Assembly (NCBI GenBank): GCA_001661245.1 | Contig: KV454012.1 | Coordinates: 526,147 to 590,146 of the forward strand | DNA: 64,000 nt | DNA from: Pachysolen tannophilus NRRL Y-2460 | Lineage: Eukaryota | Direction: 5' to 3' | Notes under the pieces: model-generated | What the model was told of the DNA's origin: nothing | Databases searched by the model: none | The model's input: the letters and a program-made list of their open reading frames with translations, nothing else | Made by a program: the position numbers and the translations under genes | Shown: one piece after another, positions 22,413-33,255 of the stretch | Numbering within the stretch: position 1 is the first letter of the stretch | Layout of the letters: the number at the start of each line of letters is the position of its first letter

Positions 22413-23813
22413 TCAACCCATATCCAAATCGCCATCATTATCAATAATTGGCCCATCATTATCATTGTCGTTATTATTATTAGTCTTTGTGTTCGAAAAA
22501 CTTTCTTGGAAACTACTATCATTTTTACAGATTGTTTCATCTCCAACTTCAATTTCACCGTTACTATCCATAGGGGTCTCATTTGCATTAGACCCAGTTA
22601 CTGCGGGAATAATTTCATTGATATCTTCGTCATCAAACATGCTAAAACTATCACTGTTGTAGCCCTTATCATCTGTTGTATCTCCATAATAGTTACCGTA
22701 AGTGTTATTGATCCTTCTTTTGGATGTTGGAGATGGAGTTGAGGTTTGAAAACTATGCTGAAATGTATTTATAAACCTTGGTGATTCATTGTAGTTATAG
22801 TTACTACCAATAGTATCATCACCGTAATTATAATTATCATAAACATGCTTATTCATTTCATCAGAATAATAAGAGTAATGCGGTTCATCTTCAATGTCAT
22901 TTTTAATTTCTTCAATCTTGTTAGTTCTCAAGTCAACTTCAGAGACATTACTATTGTAATACATCAGGTTCCTTTTATTGTTATTTTGTAACCATTTCCG
23001 GAAAATAAGCCATACAAGTAATTTAGGATTATAATATTTGATCAAAGACCAATATTCTTGAACGTAAACCTCATAATATAGTTCTTCATTTGAAATTGAA
23101 ATTTCATCTGAAGTTTTATTTTGCTTCAAGTGCTTATATAATTTCAATTTCCGATTATCATCATCGTCACTCATCAAGTCATCATCATAATCATCATCAT
23201 CATCGTCAGTCAGAGAAGTGTCTTCAGTATCTGTATCGATATTTTTCTTCTTTTCCCGTAACTTTCTTTCACGTTTTTTTCTTGAAAGCAATTTTTCAAA
23301 ACTAAATTTCTTACGCTCAATTAAATATTTTTCATTTTTATTTTTAGATTCATCAGTGAAAATCTCATTAATTGGCTTTAAAAAACTCAGAGGAATAACC
23401 ACATTTTGATGCATTTTGTCTTGTAAATCAAAAGGTTTTGTCTTTTTATAATCAATCTCCGTATCGGGATTCTCTTGTAAAAACTGATCAATCGATGGAA
23501 TGAAAATAACATCTTTTGATGACGTATCCATATAATCAGCATCCACCGTTTCCGTTGTTACTGAATTACCATTATTTAAACCCGGTGAACCTTCAGGCGA
23601 TGATTGAAACACAGATTCTTGAAGACTCAACCCAGACAAACCTTCAATAAGCCTTTTCTTCAATGAACGATTCACCTCATCATCACTATCATTATTATGC
23701 CTCTTCACACCAAACCCACCACTATAATCAACATTACCACACTTGTATGTTTTAGCATTTTCGCTACTACTACCATTATCGTAAAAATGAGTTGAATATG
23801 GAGTAAAACTCAT
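22413..23813 (-). CDS. Acidic, low-complexity protein of unknown function, possibly YPL071C-like
   Basis: 466-aa ORF. Blocks KKRLIEGLSGLSL and LIKYYNPKLLVWLIFRKW and the ending DGDLDMG resemble S. cerevisiae YPL071C as recalled. The gene is adjacent to BTS1. Confidence 0.6.
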   Translation of the reverse strand: MSFTPYSTHFYDNGSSSENAKTYKCGNVDYSGGFGVKRHNNDSDDEVNRSLKKRLIEGLSGLSLQESVFQSSPEGSPGLNNGNSVTTETVDADYMDTSSKDVIFIPSIDQFLQENPDTEIDYKKTKPFDLQDKMHQNVVIPLSFLKPINEIFTDESKNKNEKYLIERKKFSFEKLLSRKKRERKLREKKKNIDTDTEDTSLTDDDDDDYDDDLMSDDDDNRKLKLYKHLKQNKTSDEISISNEELYYEVYVQEYWSLIKYYNPKLLVWLIFRKWLQNNNKRNLMYYNSNVSEVDLRTNKIEEIKNDIEDEPHYSYYSDEMNKHVYDNYNYGDDTIGSNYNYNESPRFINTFQHSFQTSTPSPTSKRRINNTYGNYYGDTTDDKGYNSDSFSMFDDEDINEIIPAVTGSNANETPMDSNGEIEVGDETICKNDSSFQESFSNTKTNNNNDNDNDGPIIDNDGDLDMG

Positions 23814-24080
23814 ATATTTTTAACAAAAACCCACAAAGAAAGAAACAAAAAAAAAAAACAAGAAAAAAAATTACTTTTACCGTCCTTGCTTCCCTTTAGC
23901 TTTTTCACCACAATTCATAAAAGAAAAATTAATTCCAATCAAGAGAATAACAATAAAAGATAAAAACCTTGTATAAATAGATATTTAATTTTTCTATACG
24001 CATTGAAACAATTTTTAATCCGCCACCCAAAAACAGTAATTAATTTCAGTTTTCTTAATAAGGAAGTCTCTAGAAAAGTA

Positions 24081-24096
24081 CTTCCTAATGAGGAAA
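24081..24096. promoter_or_regulatory. Mcm1 (CArG/ECB-like) site between divergent genes
   Basis: CTTCCTAATGAGGAAA; a related inverted repeat CCTAATC-TCC-GATTAGG lies at 24159-24175. Confidence 0.5.
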
Positions 24097-24442
24097 TACT
24101 GCTCTTCTTCTCTTCTCTTCCCTGTTCAATTTGGCTTAGAAAAAAAAATCTTTACTACCCTAATCTCCGATTAGGAAAGAGGTAAATAATACCAATAATA
24201 CCGATAATAGTATCATCTATATAATTTCAGCCTTTTCATAAAGTAGAAAAAAAAAAGGTTTTGATTTTTTGGTCGTTGTTTCTAACTTCTTTGGATATAG
24301 TATTGATAGTAGAAGAGCTTGAAAGTATTTGTCGTTATTATTTTTGTGTGAGTTTGTGTTAATCTGTGAGTCTGTGAGACTGTGAATCTGAGGTTTTTTT
24401 TTTTGAAAGTTTTCATCGTTATTATAATTTAGTAGAATTGAG

Positions 24443-26740
24443 ATGAGCAATAGTGCTATTACTACCCCGGTTCATCGATACTCGGCATCCAATAATAGTA
24501 ATAATATTGGGTCTCATTCACCTTCACCAATCCCAAGTAGTAAATATAGTTTTGATGGTGGTAATAATAATAACAATAATGAATTTAATCAAAATACTAC
24601 TCAGAGAAGTCCACTTTATCATCCAGTTTCAAGTCCTAAACCAAGCACTAGCAGTATTTTGAAAAGACCCTCAATGTATGTGAGCACAAATGCTTCTTCT
24701 TGGGGTGAGAAAGAGCAAAAGCAACAACAACAGCAACTGCAACTGCTGTTGCTGTTACAGTCTCCTCTGAGTTCAATAAGAGCAGGTTCTCCTGCTGCAT
24801 TTATAAAAAATTCAAAAAGAAATGAAAGCAGTTTAAGTGCTATTTCTAGTGAACAACAGATTAAAGAATTAAATAGTATGATTGATGATTTTAAAGTAGA
24901 TAATGGTAATGGGGCAGGAAAGGATGATGGATCTCCATTCAAGCAAGGCCATAGGATTAAATCACTGTCTACATCATCACCTGCAAGAATTAATCCACCA
25001 AGTATTTATCAACAACCACCATCACCAATTGCGTCAAGATATAATAGTAATTCACCTTTAGGATCGAATCAAAATTCTCCTAGTGCTGCGAGCAGAGTAC
25101 TGTATTCACGTAGAAGTAGTGCTACGATAGATGCAGATTTGAATAAACTTATTTCGGTTTTGCGTTCAAAAGGTCAAGTTTTATCACCAGAAGATATAAA
25201 TGAATTAAGAGAATTGAACAAGAGACCATCTCATTCACGTATTTCAGAAATGTCACAATATTCTGGTGTTGTAGAAGAAGTACAATTTCGTGAGATTGTT
25301 GGGGATGAAAGAACTAGTGGTCCTGCTTTAGTTGAAGTGAGGAAAAGTGGTGTATCTTCAAACGGATCATATGGTGAAGAAGATCAATTTAAAAAATTAA
25401 ATGCTGAAAATGATGTAAAAATTGGAAATAATAATCTAGGAGAATTTGTTAAAGAATCACCAATGGATGATACGGACTCTGTTTTATCATCTGCATCAGT
25501 TATACCAATTGGACCATTAAAGACGGCAACGCCGACAGCGACAACGACAACGAAGGCAGGTATTTTAACTTCAAATGCAGCAACACCTTCTTCGAAATCA
25601 CTTATTGCCACTCGAGCTCCTGATGTTTCACAAGTGACAAGAGTTGAAGAACTGATTCCTGCAAGGTCCAGTAGAAGACCAAGAAGTGCAATTGTTCTTT
25701 CACAAAACAATATTCTTATAAGAGATGATCCTAGAGCCAATCGTCATCGTAGTTCAAAATCAACATATTCATTAGCTGGAACTGCAAGGTCTTCTCCAAT
25801 TACAACACCAACTGGAGTAAGAAGAAGATCATTACCTCCAAGTGTTGCGCCACCAAAATTATCTGATTCAATAGCACTGCCACTTCAAGTTTCTCAACTG
25901 CCACAACCTATAAACACAGCTAGACTTTGTTCTGGTGCAAAACCATTACCGGAGGCACCTCTTGATGATGATGATGAAGATGATGATGATGTCATCAATA
26001 ATGACACCAATGATGATGACCAGGGTGACGATGAGTTTGCCATTACAACGGGGTCTGAAAATTTGGATAAATTAGGGTCACCACAATTTACGAATGATTC
26101 ATCATTTGGTACTACAACACTGGCAGATTCATCTGTTAAAGGTGGGAAAGAAGAAAATGAATTGGATCTATCTTCATATCCAGTACCCAATCTGGTAAAC
26201 CAACATGATGGTATATTTGAAGATATAATACCACCCGCAAAGATTTTAAAAGAAGGTGGTAATATTTCAACAAGTACTGTTATAACAGATGTTGCATCAT
26301 TTCATACTGCAGATAATGCAAGTTTAAAAAATTTAAGTAATGAAGAAATTAAAGATAAACAAGAAGGACAAAAGAAATCCGATCATAAGAAAAGTAAAAA
26401 AAATCGTCGTTCAAATACAGGTAAACTACACAGTATAGATAATGGTAATAATAAGAATAAGAAAAAAAATTCATCTATAACAACAGTACCTTCAGTTTCA
26501 ACTTTCCCATATAATTTAAGTAATAAAAATATAGCTAAATTATTAGAAGCTACTGATGGAGGTATCATAGGTGAAGAATTTGAAAAATTAGATTTACCAC
26601 TTGATGAAAAAAGGTATTTAGAAAAATTAGTTGATGCAGTAGCTAGACTTGCCACAGATTCTATGACTGATCCAGAAAGAAAAGAAGGTACTATTGAAAG
26701 AATGAAACAAGCCTTAAGAATTCTAGAAGGTTTCGAATAA
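24443..26740 (+). CDS. Nba1/Nis1-like bud-neck protein
   Basis: Largely disordered with many SP/TP sites; IPARSSRRPRS motif; C-terminal helix IIGEEF..LDLP..EK..LEKLVDAVARL...ILEGF resembles the recalled Nba1 C-terminus. Confidence 0.6.
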   Translation: MSNSAITTPVHRYSASNNSNNIGSHSPSPIPSSKYSFDGGNNNNNNEFNQNTTQRSPLYHPVSSPKPSTSSILKRPSMYVSTNASSWGEKEQKQQQQQLQLLLLLQSPLSSIRAGSPAAFIKNSKRNESSLSAISSEQQIKELNSMIDDFKVDNGNGAGKDDGSPFKQGHRIKSLSTSSPARINPPSIYQQPPSPIASRYNSNSPLGSNQNSPSAASRVLYSRRSSATIDADLNKLISVLRSKGQVLSPEDINELRELNKRPSHSRISEMSQYSGVVEEVQFREIVGDERTSGPALVEVRKSGVSSNGSYGEEDQFKKLNAENDVKIGNNNLGEFVKESPMDDTDSVLSSASVIPIGPLKTATPTATTTTKAGILTSNAATPSSKSLIATRAPDVSQVTRVEELIPARSSRRPRSAIVLSQNNILIRDDPRANRHRSSKSTYSLAGTARSSPITTPTGVRRRSLPPSVAPPKLSDSIALPLQVSQLPQPINTARLCSGAKPLPEAPLDDDDEDDDDVINNDTNDDDQGDDEFAITTGSENLDKLGSPQFTNDSSFGTTTLADSSVKGGKEENELDLSSYPVPNLVNQHDGIFEDIIPPAKILKEGGNISTSTVITDVASFHTADNASLKNLSNEEIKDKQEGQKKSDHKKSKKNRRSNTGKLHSIDNGNNKNKKKNSSITTVPSVSTFPYNLSNKNIAKLLEATDGGIIGEEFEKLDLPLDEKRYLEKLVDAVARLATDSMTDPERKEGTIERMKQALRILEGFE

Positions 26741-26774
26741 GTAACATAATATATATATATATAAAACGGTTTTT

Positions 26775-26808
<34 letters not shown>

Positions 26809-28499
26809 ACAGTTTTAAATTAAATTTTTTTTAATTGTTTTATTTTTGTTTTACTTTTGTTTTGTTTTGTTTTATGTCATTCCAATCGCTTATTTCCCAT
26901 TGCCCATCGCCCAAAAAAAAAAAAAACAAAGTAAAAGGGGAACAGAAACTAATTAAATAAAAGAATTTTTTTTTCCCCCTTGTTATCCTCCTCTATATCT
27001 ATGTATCAACCTATTTTTTCCCCTCGCCCCTCTTGTTTTCATGTTTTCTTAATTTTCCTGCTCGATCTAATTGAGGCGTCTATATGCGTCATTTTTATTT
27101 TAATTTTAATTTTATTTTTAAAGAAAAAAATTCTTACCTTGCCTTATCTTTTAAAAAAAAGTTTTCGCGATTTTGAAAGGGGTCCAAATTTAAATAATAA
27201 TAATAAATCAGAAAAGAAATAAACTGCAGAACATCGCAGAAAAAATTCGCCACCCACAGAAATCAATGATTTCATAAAAACGTAATTGCTCTTTTGTATG
27301 TATGTAGAAAACAACAAGAATTTAAAAATTTAAGAATTGAAAAGATGGTAGAAAAATATATAGATAGATTGGTAAAGATGTAGAGATGAATCTCTAAGCA
27401 GCTTAAATAGAAGATCTTTTTTTCTTTTCTTTCTTTTTCATTTTTCATTTTTACTTTCTATTGTTATTTAAATATATGTAGCAAGTTTTCATTTTTTGTT
27501 TTTTTTTAATGACCTCAAACTATGTTTTATATTGTTTCTTCGTGTTACTTATTACTTGCTATGAATATGTATGTACTCCTGATGCTAAATTAAAAGAATC
27601 TACTTGAATCCGAGCTTTGTCGCTTTTAAATTTAACAGTTAATTACTACACTACTAGGAATGAAAGCAATATAAAAGATATAAAAAAAAAGAACTTTTTA
27701 AAAAAAAAAGACCATAAATCTAGAACCAAGTTTTTTCTTAACAATTACTATATATTATTATATAGCCTGTACACATCCTACTACTATTATACATATAAAA
27801 TTATACCTAGTCTTAAAATACATAAATTTGCTTTCCCAGAAATATAAAAAAAAAAAAAAAAAAATATAATAAAATAAAATAAATTAGGAGGTATTAAATA
27901 TCGTTTGATGATTTTATTTATCTTCTTGATTTGAATGAGGGATGAGAATACTTTTTATATAATATATATATATATAAAAAAGAAATTTTTTTTATAAAAA
28001 AACAATCTTTTTTTTTCTGTTATCTATCATTCACTATAATATAGAAAATAATATATATATATATATATATAAATTAGAAATTATATATTATATTATTATT
28101 ATTACTTATCGTCTTTTACACTTTTTCACAATTTTTTTTTTTCTTTTTTTTTTTAATCTTATTTTTTAAAAAAAATTATTTTCTGGTATTATACTTTATA
28201 ATTGTCATATCGTTACTTTTTTTTATAAGAATCCATCAACAAGTTATACCCCGATAAAGGATTCTGATAAGTATTATTTTTTTTTTTTTTTTCAAAGTCA
28301 TCATCACTATACCATAGAGAGATTTTTTTTTATTTTTTAATAGCGGTTCTTAGAGTTATCATCATCAACTAAATTCAACTTAATTTTTTTTTTTTTTATC
28401 TTTTCATAGATCGAGGGGAAAATTAGTATTCTTTATATTATCAATCAATCATATCAAAAGAAAATTAAAGATAAAGATAAAGATAGAGATAGAGAGATT

Positions 28500-31022
28500 A
28501 TGGCTTTACAAAGGCATCAGCAAGAAAATGCAAGTAATATTGCAGTAGATACCCTGACAAGCGTTATAAGTCCAGTACCATCAGATACATTTAGTAGAAG
28601 TGATGCTTCATCCAGTGGAGACCCGAAATTTAACAAGTCGAATTTCTTGGAGCTCTTCCATCAGAGTACTCCGAACAATAATAATAATAATAATAATAAC
28701 AATAATACCAATACTAGTACTAAGAATTTTAACTCACACTACTCTACTGGAAGCTGCAGGTCATCGTTATCGGATACAAATTCTTTATTTTCAGATAGTA
28801 ATACAAACGGTGGTGCCAATGGCAATTCAGAGCATAAACACAATGTGTCCATATCGAGTGATCAGACGGCAGTTGACACGATGTTGATGAATGAGGGTTA
28901 TAAATGGGGTAGGAAATTAAGCCTTGCCGAGAGTGACCAGATTGTTTCACCTGTCGCAGCGAGTGATCCATTTGAATTGAACCAGTCTTTATGGTCGTCG
29001 TTGAACCAAGGCAATGGTATTAGCATTGGCAATGGCATCACCAATGGTAATAGTAATAGTAATAGTAATGGTAATAGTAACGGCCATGCTGGTGGACATG
29101 CTGGCGCTGGCAGTGGGTTCGAAGACGTTAACCGTCGTTTTAGTTCAGGCGCCCCTGATAACACTAATAAGTCGCCAAGAGGAGTTAACGGGCATAACTC
29201 TGTCCCTTCGGGTTCGATAATGAGTGATTTTGCTCCCGGCTCCTTTCAACAGCAGCAGCAGCAACAACAGCAATCCAATGCTGACCTGCAAAATTACGGT
29301 TTGTTAGGTGCTGCTTTTAATTCAAGAAGGTCCTCGAATTTCAGAGAAGCGCCACAGTTGAATAACTCTATTTTCAACAGTCAAGGGTCAGGCGCAGGCT
29401 CAGGTTCTATTTCAACGGGTGTCTCTAATGGAATAAACAGTGCTGACTACCACCCAAATGGTCATCGCCATTCGGTTAGTTCCGCGCTTGCTGCAACAAC
29501 GGGAGATATGTATTCAAGTGTTCCAGACTCTGCTACTTCGCCCACTTGGATCCCATCAGCTAGTAGTGGTAGTGGTAGTGGCCAGAACTATGGTAATAAA
29601 CAATCAGCTACTGCTGCTCAATTGAATTCAGCACACGCGCAAGCTCAAGCTCAGGCTCAAGCTCAGGCTCAGGCTCAGGCACAAGCTCAGGCTCAAGCAC
29701 AAGCTCAGGTACAAGCACAAGCACAAGCACAAGCCTACAACAATTATGGACAGCGTGTTGCTGATTACTATGAGTCGCCAGCACTTAGAAGACACTCTTA
29801 CGCTGCTGTTGGAGATAATCAATGGCTTAATGAAGGATATGGAGGATTACCACCACCAGCAAACCCTAACTTGTACCAGCAGACAGCCACTGATAATTTC
29901 AACGATGATCGTGGATATATGCAAAGGCTTTCAGCAGATTTTGGTGCTTTGGGTGTAAATCCTAACATGTATCCACTGCAGCATTTGCAACAACAAAATC
30001 TGCATTCGCATACTTCTAATCTGCCTCTGCAGACACAGCAGCACCAGCAAGCCGGCTACAATAATAATATTGGGTTTTCAGTTGACGATATGGGTCTTCG
30101 TGATGTATCTGTTCCTAGTGAGAGTCCAGAAATTTTTAAAACTGCATATGCGGCTGTTGATTCTTACTTTACCAATGATGAATTTAATAGAGTTCATATT
30201 TCTGGTAAGAGTTCACTTGATTTACCATCAACTTTAGATTCATTAACTAAGAATGGTATTCAATTACCTAGATTTCCAGGAAGTTCTTTTCCAGGTGCTG
30301 AATTAATTTTGATTGCATTCAAAGCAGGAAGAGTTGATGTTTTCTGTTTACCGGAGAACTCTGGTTTAATACTCAATATTGGTGATTTGGTATTTGTAGA
30401 AGCTGATAGAGGTAGAGATTTGGGTAAAGTTGTTCGCTTGGATATATCTATAGATGAAGCCAGATTATTGAAGTTAAAGCAGCATCAAGAGCAACAAGCA
30501 GCTTTAGCTGATAATGAACAATTGGCACAGAATGGGGTTTTAACGTTATTGAATAACATTCAACAACCTCAGGCACAACAAGTGCAGCAACAACAACAAC
30601 AACTGCAACAGCAGCAACAACTGCAACAACAAATTCCTTCATTGCACTTTCCAAAACCAATTATTCGATTTGCCCAACCTGCAGAAGTGTCTCAATTACC
30701 TAGTAAGATGACAGATGAAGAAAAAGCACGCCGTGTATGTGCAATGAAAGTGAAAACTCATGGGTTAACAATGTCTGTTGTTGATGCAGAATATCAATGG
30801 GACAGACGTAAGTTGACTTTTTACTATGCAGCAAATCAAAGAATTGACTTTAGAGAATTAGTTAAAGAATTATTTCGTATTTATAAAACTAGAATTTGGA
30901 TGTGTGCTGTTAGTGGTGGCCTTAACAATCACAACAATTACAACGATTACAATGATGAATTTGGTAAAACCTTGGAGCAAATTGGTGGCTTAACAAATGG
31001 GAATAACGGTTATGGATCCTAA
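28500..31022 (+). CDS. PSP1: PSP1-family protein (PSP1 C-terminal domain, N/Q-rich N-terminus)
   Basis: FKAGRVDVF, GDLVFVEADRGRDLG, DAEYQWDRRKLTFYY, RIDFRELVKELFRIYKTRIWMCA. Confidence 0.9.
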   Translation: MALQRHQQENASNIAVDTLTSVISPVPSDTFSRSDASSSGDPKFNKSNFLELFHQSTPNNNNNNNNNNNTNTSTKNFNSHYSTGSCRSSLSDTNSLFSDSNTNGGANGNSEHKHNVSISSDQTAVDTMLMNEGYKWGRKLSLAESDQIVSPVAASDPFELNQSLWSSLNQGNGISIGNGITNGNSNSNSNGNSNGHAGGHAGAGSGFEDVNRRFSSGAPDNTNKSPRGVNGHNSVPSGSIMSDFAPGSFQQQQQQQQQSNADLQNYGLLGAAFNSRRSSNFREAPQLNNSIFNSQGSGAGSGSISTGVSNGINSADYHPNGHRHSVSSALAATTGDMYSSVPDSATSPTWIPSASSGSGSGQNYGNKQSATAAQLNSAHAQAQAQAQAQAQAQAQAQAQAQAQVQAQAQAQAYNNYGQRVADYYESPALRRHSYAAVGDNQWLNEGYGGLPPPANPNLYQQTATDNFNDDRGYMQRLSADFGALGVNPNMYPLQHLQQQNLHSHTSNLPLQTQQHQQAGYNNNIGFSVDDMGLRDVSVPSESPEIFKTAYAAVDSYFTNDEFNRVHISGKSSLDLPSTLDSLTKNGIQLPRFPGSSFPGAELILIAFKAGRVDVFCLPENSGLILNIGDLVFVEADRGRDLGKVVRLDISIDEARLLKLKQHQEQQAALADNEQLAQNGVLTLLNNIQQPQAQQVQQQQQQLQQQQQLQQQIPSLHFPKPIIRFAQPAEVSQLPSKMTDEEKARRVCAMKVKTHGLTMSVVDAEYQWDRRKLTFYYAANQRIDFRELVKELFRIYKTRIWMCAVSGGLNNHNNYNDYNDEFGKTLEQIGGLTNGNNGYGS
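29637..29735 (+). repeat. Coding (Ala-Gln)n hexanucleotide repeat in PSP1
   Basis: GCNCAR units encoding AQAQAQ... for about 16 units, with one Val interruption. Confidence 0.9.
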
Positions 31023-31775
31023 TTTTTATAACGACTAATATGGTTTGGATGTTATACATACGGAACAATATTTGTTTTATTTTTTATATTTTTTTAATTT
31101 TATTATTACTTTAGGTTTTTTTTTTCAAAAGAAAAAAAAAGGGGATTGTTATACATATCGAACGGTTTTTTTTGTTTCATCTTCGAAAAAGGATTTTTAT
31201 TATGGTAAGGTATTTGTTTAGAAGTACATCAAAAAGGTACAGTTGCTTTATTTTTTAATTTTTAATTCTTTTATATCTTTTTTTTTTTTATTTTTATTTT
31301 TATTTTTATTTTCATGAACACAAAATTAGGATGTGGTTTTAGAGATCTGACTGTTTATTATTATGATCATATACAATTTTTTCATTTTTTTTTTCTCTTA
31401 TACATCATCTACTAAATGACTATATATGTTTTTTTTTTTTTTTTTATTTTATTATTATTTTATTTTCAAGCTGTTAGAGAAATACATTATTATTAAATAT
31501 ACCTTTAAAATTGTATAGTAACGAAAAATATTATATTTATGTATGGAAAAAAGGTGAAAAAAATGATTTAAATTGAAAAATTAGAGTCGTGTCTTTAAAC
31601 CCCAAAAATTATAATTTTTCAAGTTAATTTTTTTCTTTTTCATGAATATGGATGTTATTTTTCAGGTATTATTTATATAATTGATGAAATACCATTAATT
31701 CTTGAATTTTTAAAATTTTTAAAAATTTTGAATTTTTGAATTGTTGGTAGAGTTGATAATCAGTAGTAGGAGAAG

Positions 31776-32660
31776 ATGTTTAGATATTCAACGCGAGTTG
31801 TTTCGACGATACAAAGAGTTTCAATAAAGACAGGGAATGTGAGGAGGCTGCTACTGACGCTGACACAAACTCAAACTCAGATGCAAACTCAAACTCTGAG
31901 TCTGACTGTAAATTCAAATGAAAATGGAAATCAAGATATACTACCTCATGCTGCTGATCTGCCACGATATGTTTTAACTACTTTGCGTTCATTTCCCTCT
32001 TTGGAACCACATTCGATTATGCCAGTTGCTATTGATTTTTTAGGATCTCCTTTAAGAAGAGATATTTTATGGAAAGCTGTTATTATGGAAGCAGATAATG
32101 CAAGAGTTGGAGCATCTAATCCACCAGGACGTGGAGAACATAAATATTCCCGTAGAAAATTATTTAAACAAAAGGGAACAGGTAGAGCTCGTGTTGGTGA
32201 TGCCAATTCTCCAATTAGAAATAATGGTGCAGTTGCTCATGCTAGAACAGCTCCTAATGATTTTTCAACAGAGTTACCATTTAAAGTTTATGCCAATGCT
32301 TATAGAACTGCATTAAGTGATTATTATAGAAATGATAAATTATTTATTATAGGAGGTGAAGAAGGACCAAGATTACCAACAGATAATTTAAATTTAGAAA
32401 TAATAACAGATCAAAAACAAGCAACTGAACATTTTATAAATAAACATGAACTTAAAAATTTAAATTTGTTATTTATTCCAAATGATTTATCAAATTGTCA
32501 TAATTTAGAAAAATCTATAAGAACTTTGAATAAAAAAAGAATTAAAATATTATCAAAAGAAGAAGTTGAAGTAAGAGATTTATTAAAGGCTAATAGGATA
32601 TACATTGAAAAAGAAGCATTGGAATTTTTTGCAAAAGAATTTGCTGAAGAATTGGTATAA
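31776..32660 (+). CDS. YML6: Mitochondrial ribosomal protein uL4m
   Basis: R/S/T-rich presequence; RSFPSLEP, LRRDILW.AV.MEADN.RVG, QKGTGRARVGDANSPIR, VRDLLKANR. Confidence 0.93.
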   Translation: MFRYSTRVVSTIQRVSIKTGNVRRLLLTLTQTQTQMQTQTLSLTVNSNENGNQDILPHAADLPRYVLTTLRSFPSLEPHSIMPVAIDFLGSPLRRDILWKAVIMEADNARVGASNPPGRGEHKYSRRKLFKQKGTGRARVGDANSPIRNNGAVAHARTAPNDFSTELPFKVYANAYRTALSDYYRNDKLFIIGGEEGPRLPTDNLNLEIITDQKQATEHFINKHELKNLNLLFIPNDLSNCHNLEKSIRTLNKKRIKILSKEEVEVRDLLKANRIYIEKEALEFFAKEFAEELV

Positions 32661-32699
32661 CCATATAAATCATATTTGTATATAGTAAGCAATATAGTA

Positions 32700-32730
<31 letters not shown>

Positions 32731-32818
32731 AAATAAGAAAAGCATCAACCATTAGTACTATTAGTACCACTAGTATTCATAGTAATATATTACTTAACTT
32801 AAATTATATTCCAACCGA

Positions 32819-33117
32819 TTAGGGTTCTTAGCCCTAACTAGCCTTTTTCTTTTACTTAACTTGTCACGTGCGTTATTCGGAAGAAATAAAATCCTGTTTC
32901 TCCAACTCAAGTTCTCCAACTCCACATGCGGAATCCAGATCACATGACTAATCTTTCTTCCTTTATTTTTTTTTCACAAGTTTTCCCTTTTAGGAAACTT
33001 CTGTGACTTGTTATTGTTTTCACCGAAATTTTTTTTTTTAGAAATATTTCGCCTTTAAGTGTTCTGCCAAATTTGTTTTTTCAGTGTTAATTTTTTCACG
33101 TGTAAAATGAAAATTTT
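32819..33117. promoter_or_regulatory. Ribosomal-protein promoter with an inverted Tbf1 pair, two Cbf1 E-boxes, an Mcm1 site and an RRPE
   Basis: TTAGGG-N7-CCCTAA at 32819-32837; GTCACGTG at 32863-32870; TTTCCCTTTTAGGAAA at 32982-32997; TCACGTG at 33096-33102; TGAAAATTTT at 33108-33117. Confidence 0.7.
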
Positions 33118-33255
33118 CAAGAAAAAAACGCACTAAAAAAGTTTTTCACCAAAAGGAAGAAAAGACAGAGAGATAATCAATATAAGAAAAATTTGAAAGT
33201 TTTGAATATTTTAATATATCCATCTTTTAACAATAAAGAAGTAAATAAGTTCAAG

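Noticed and set aside
32819..32837. TTAGGG as a telomeric remnant
   Set aside because: Only one inverted pair, in an RP promoter; better explained as Tbf1 sites.
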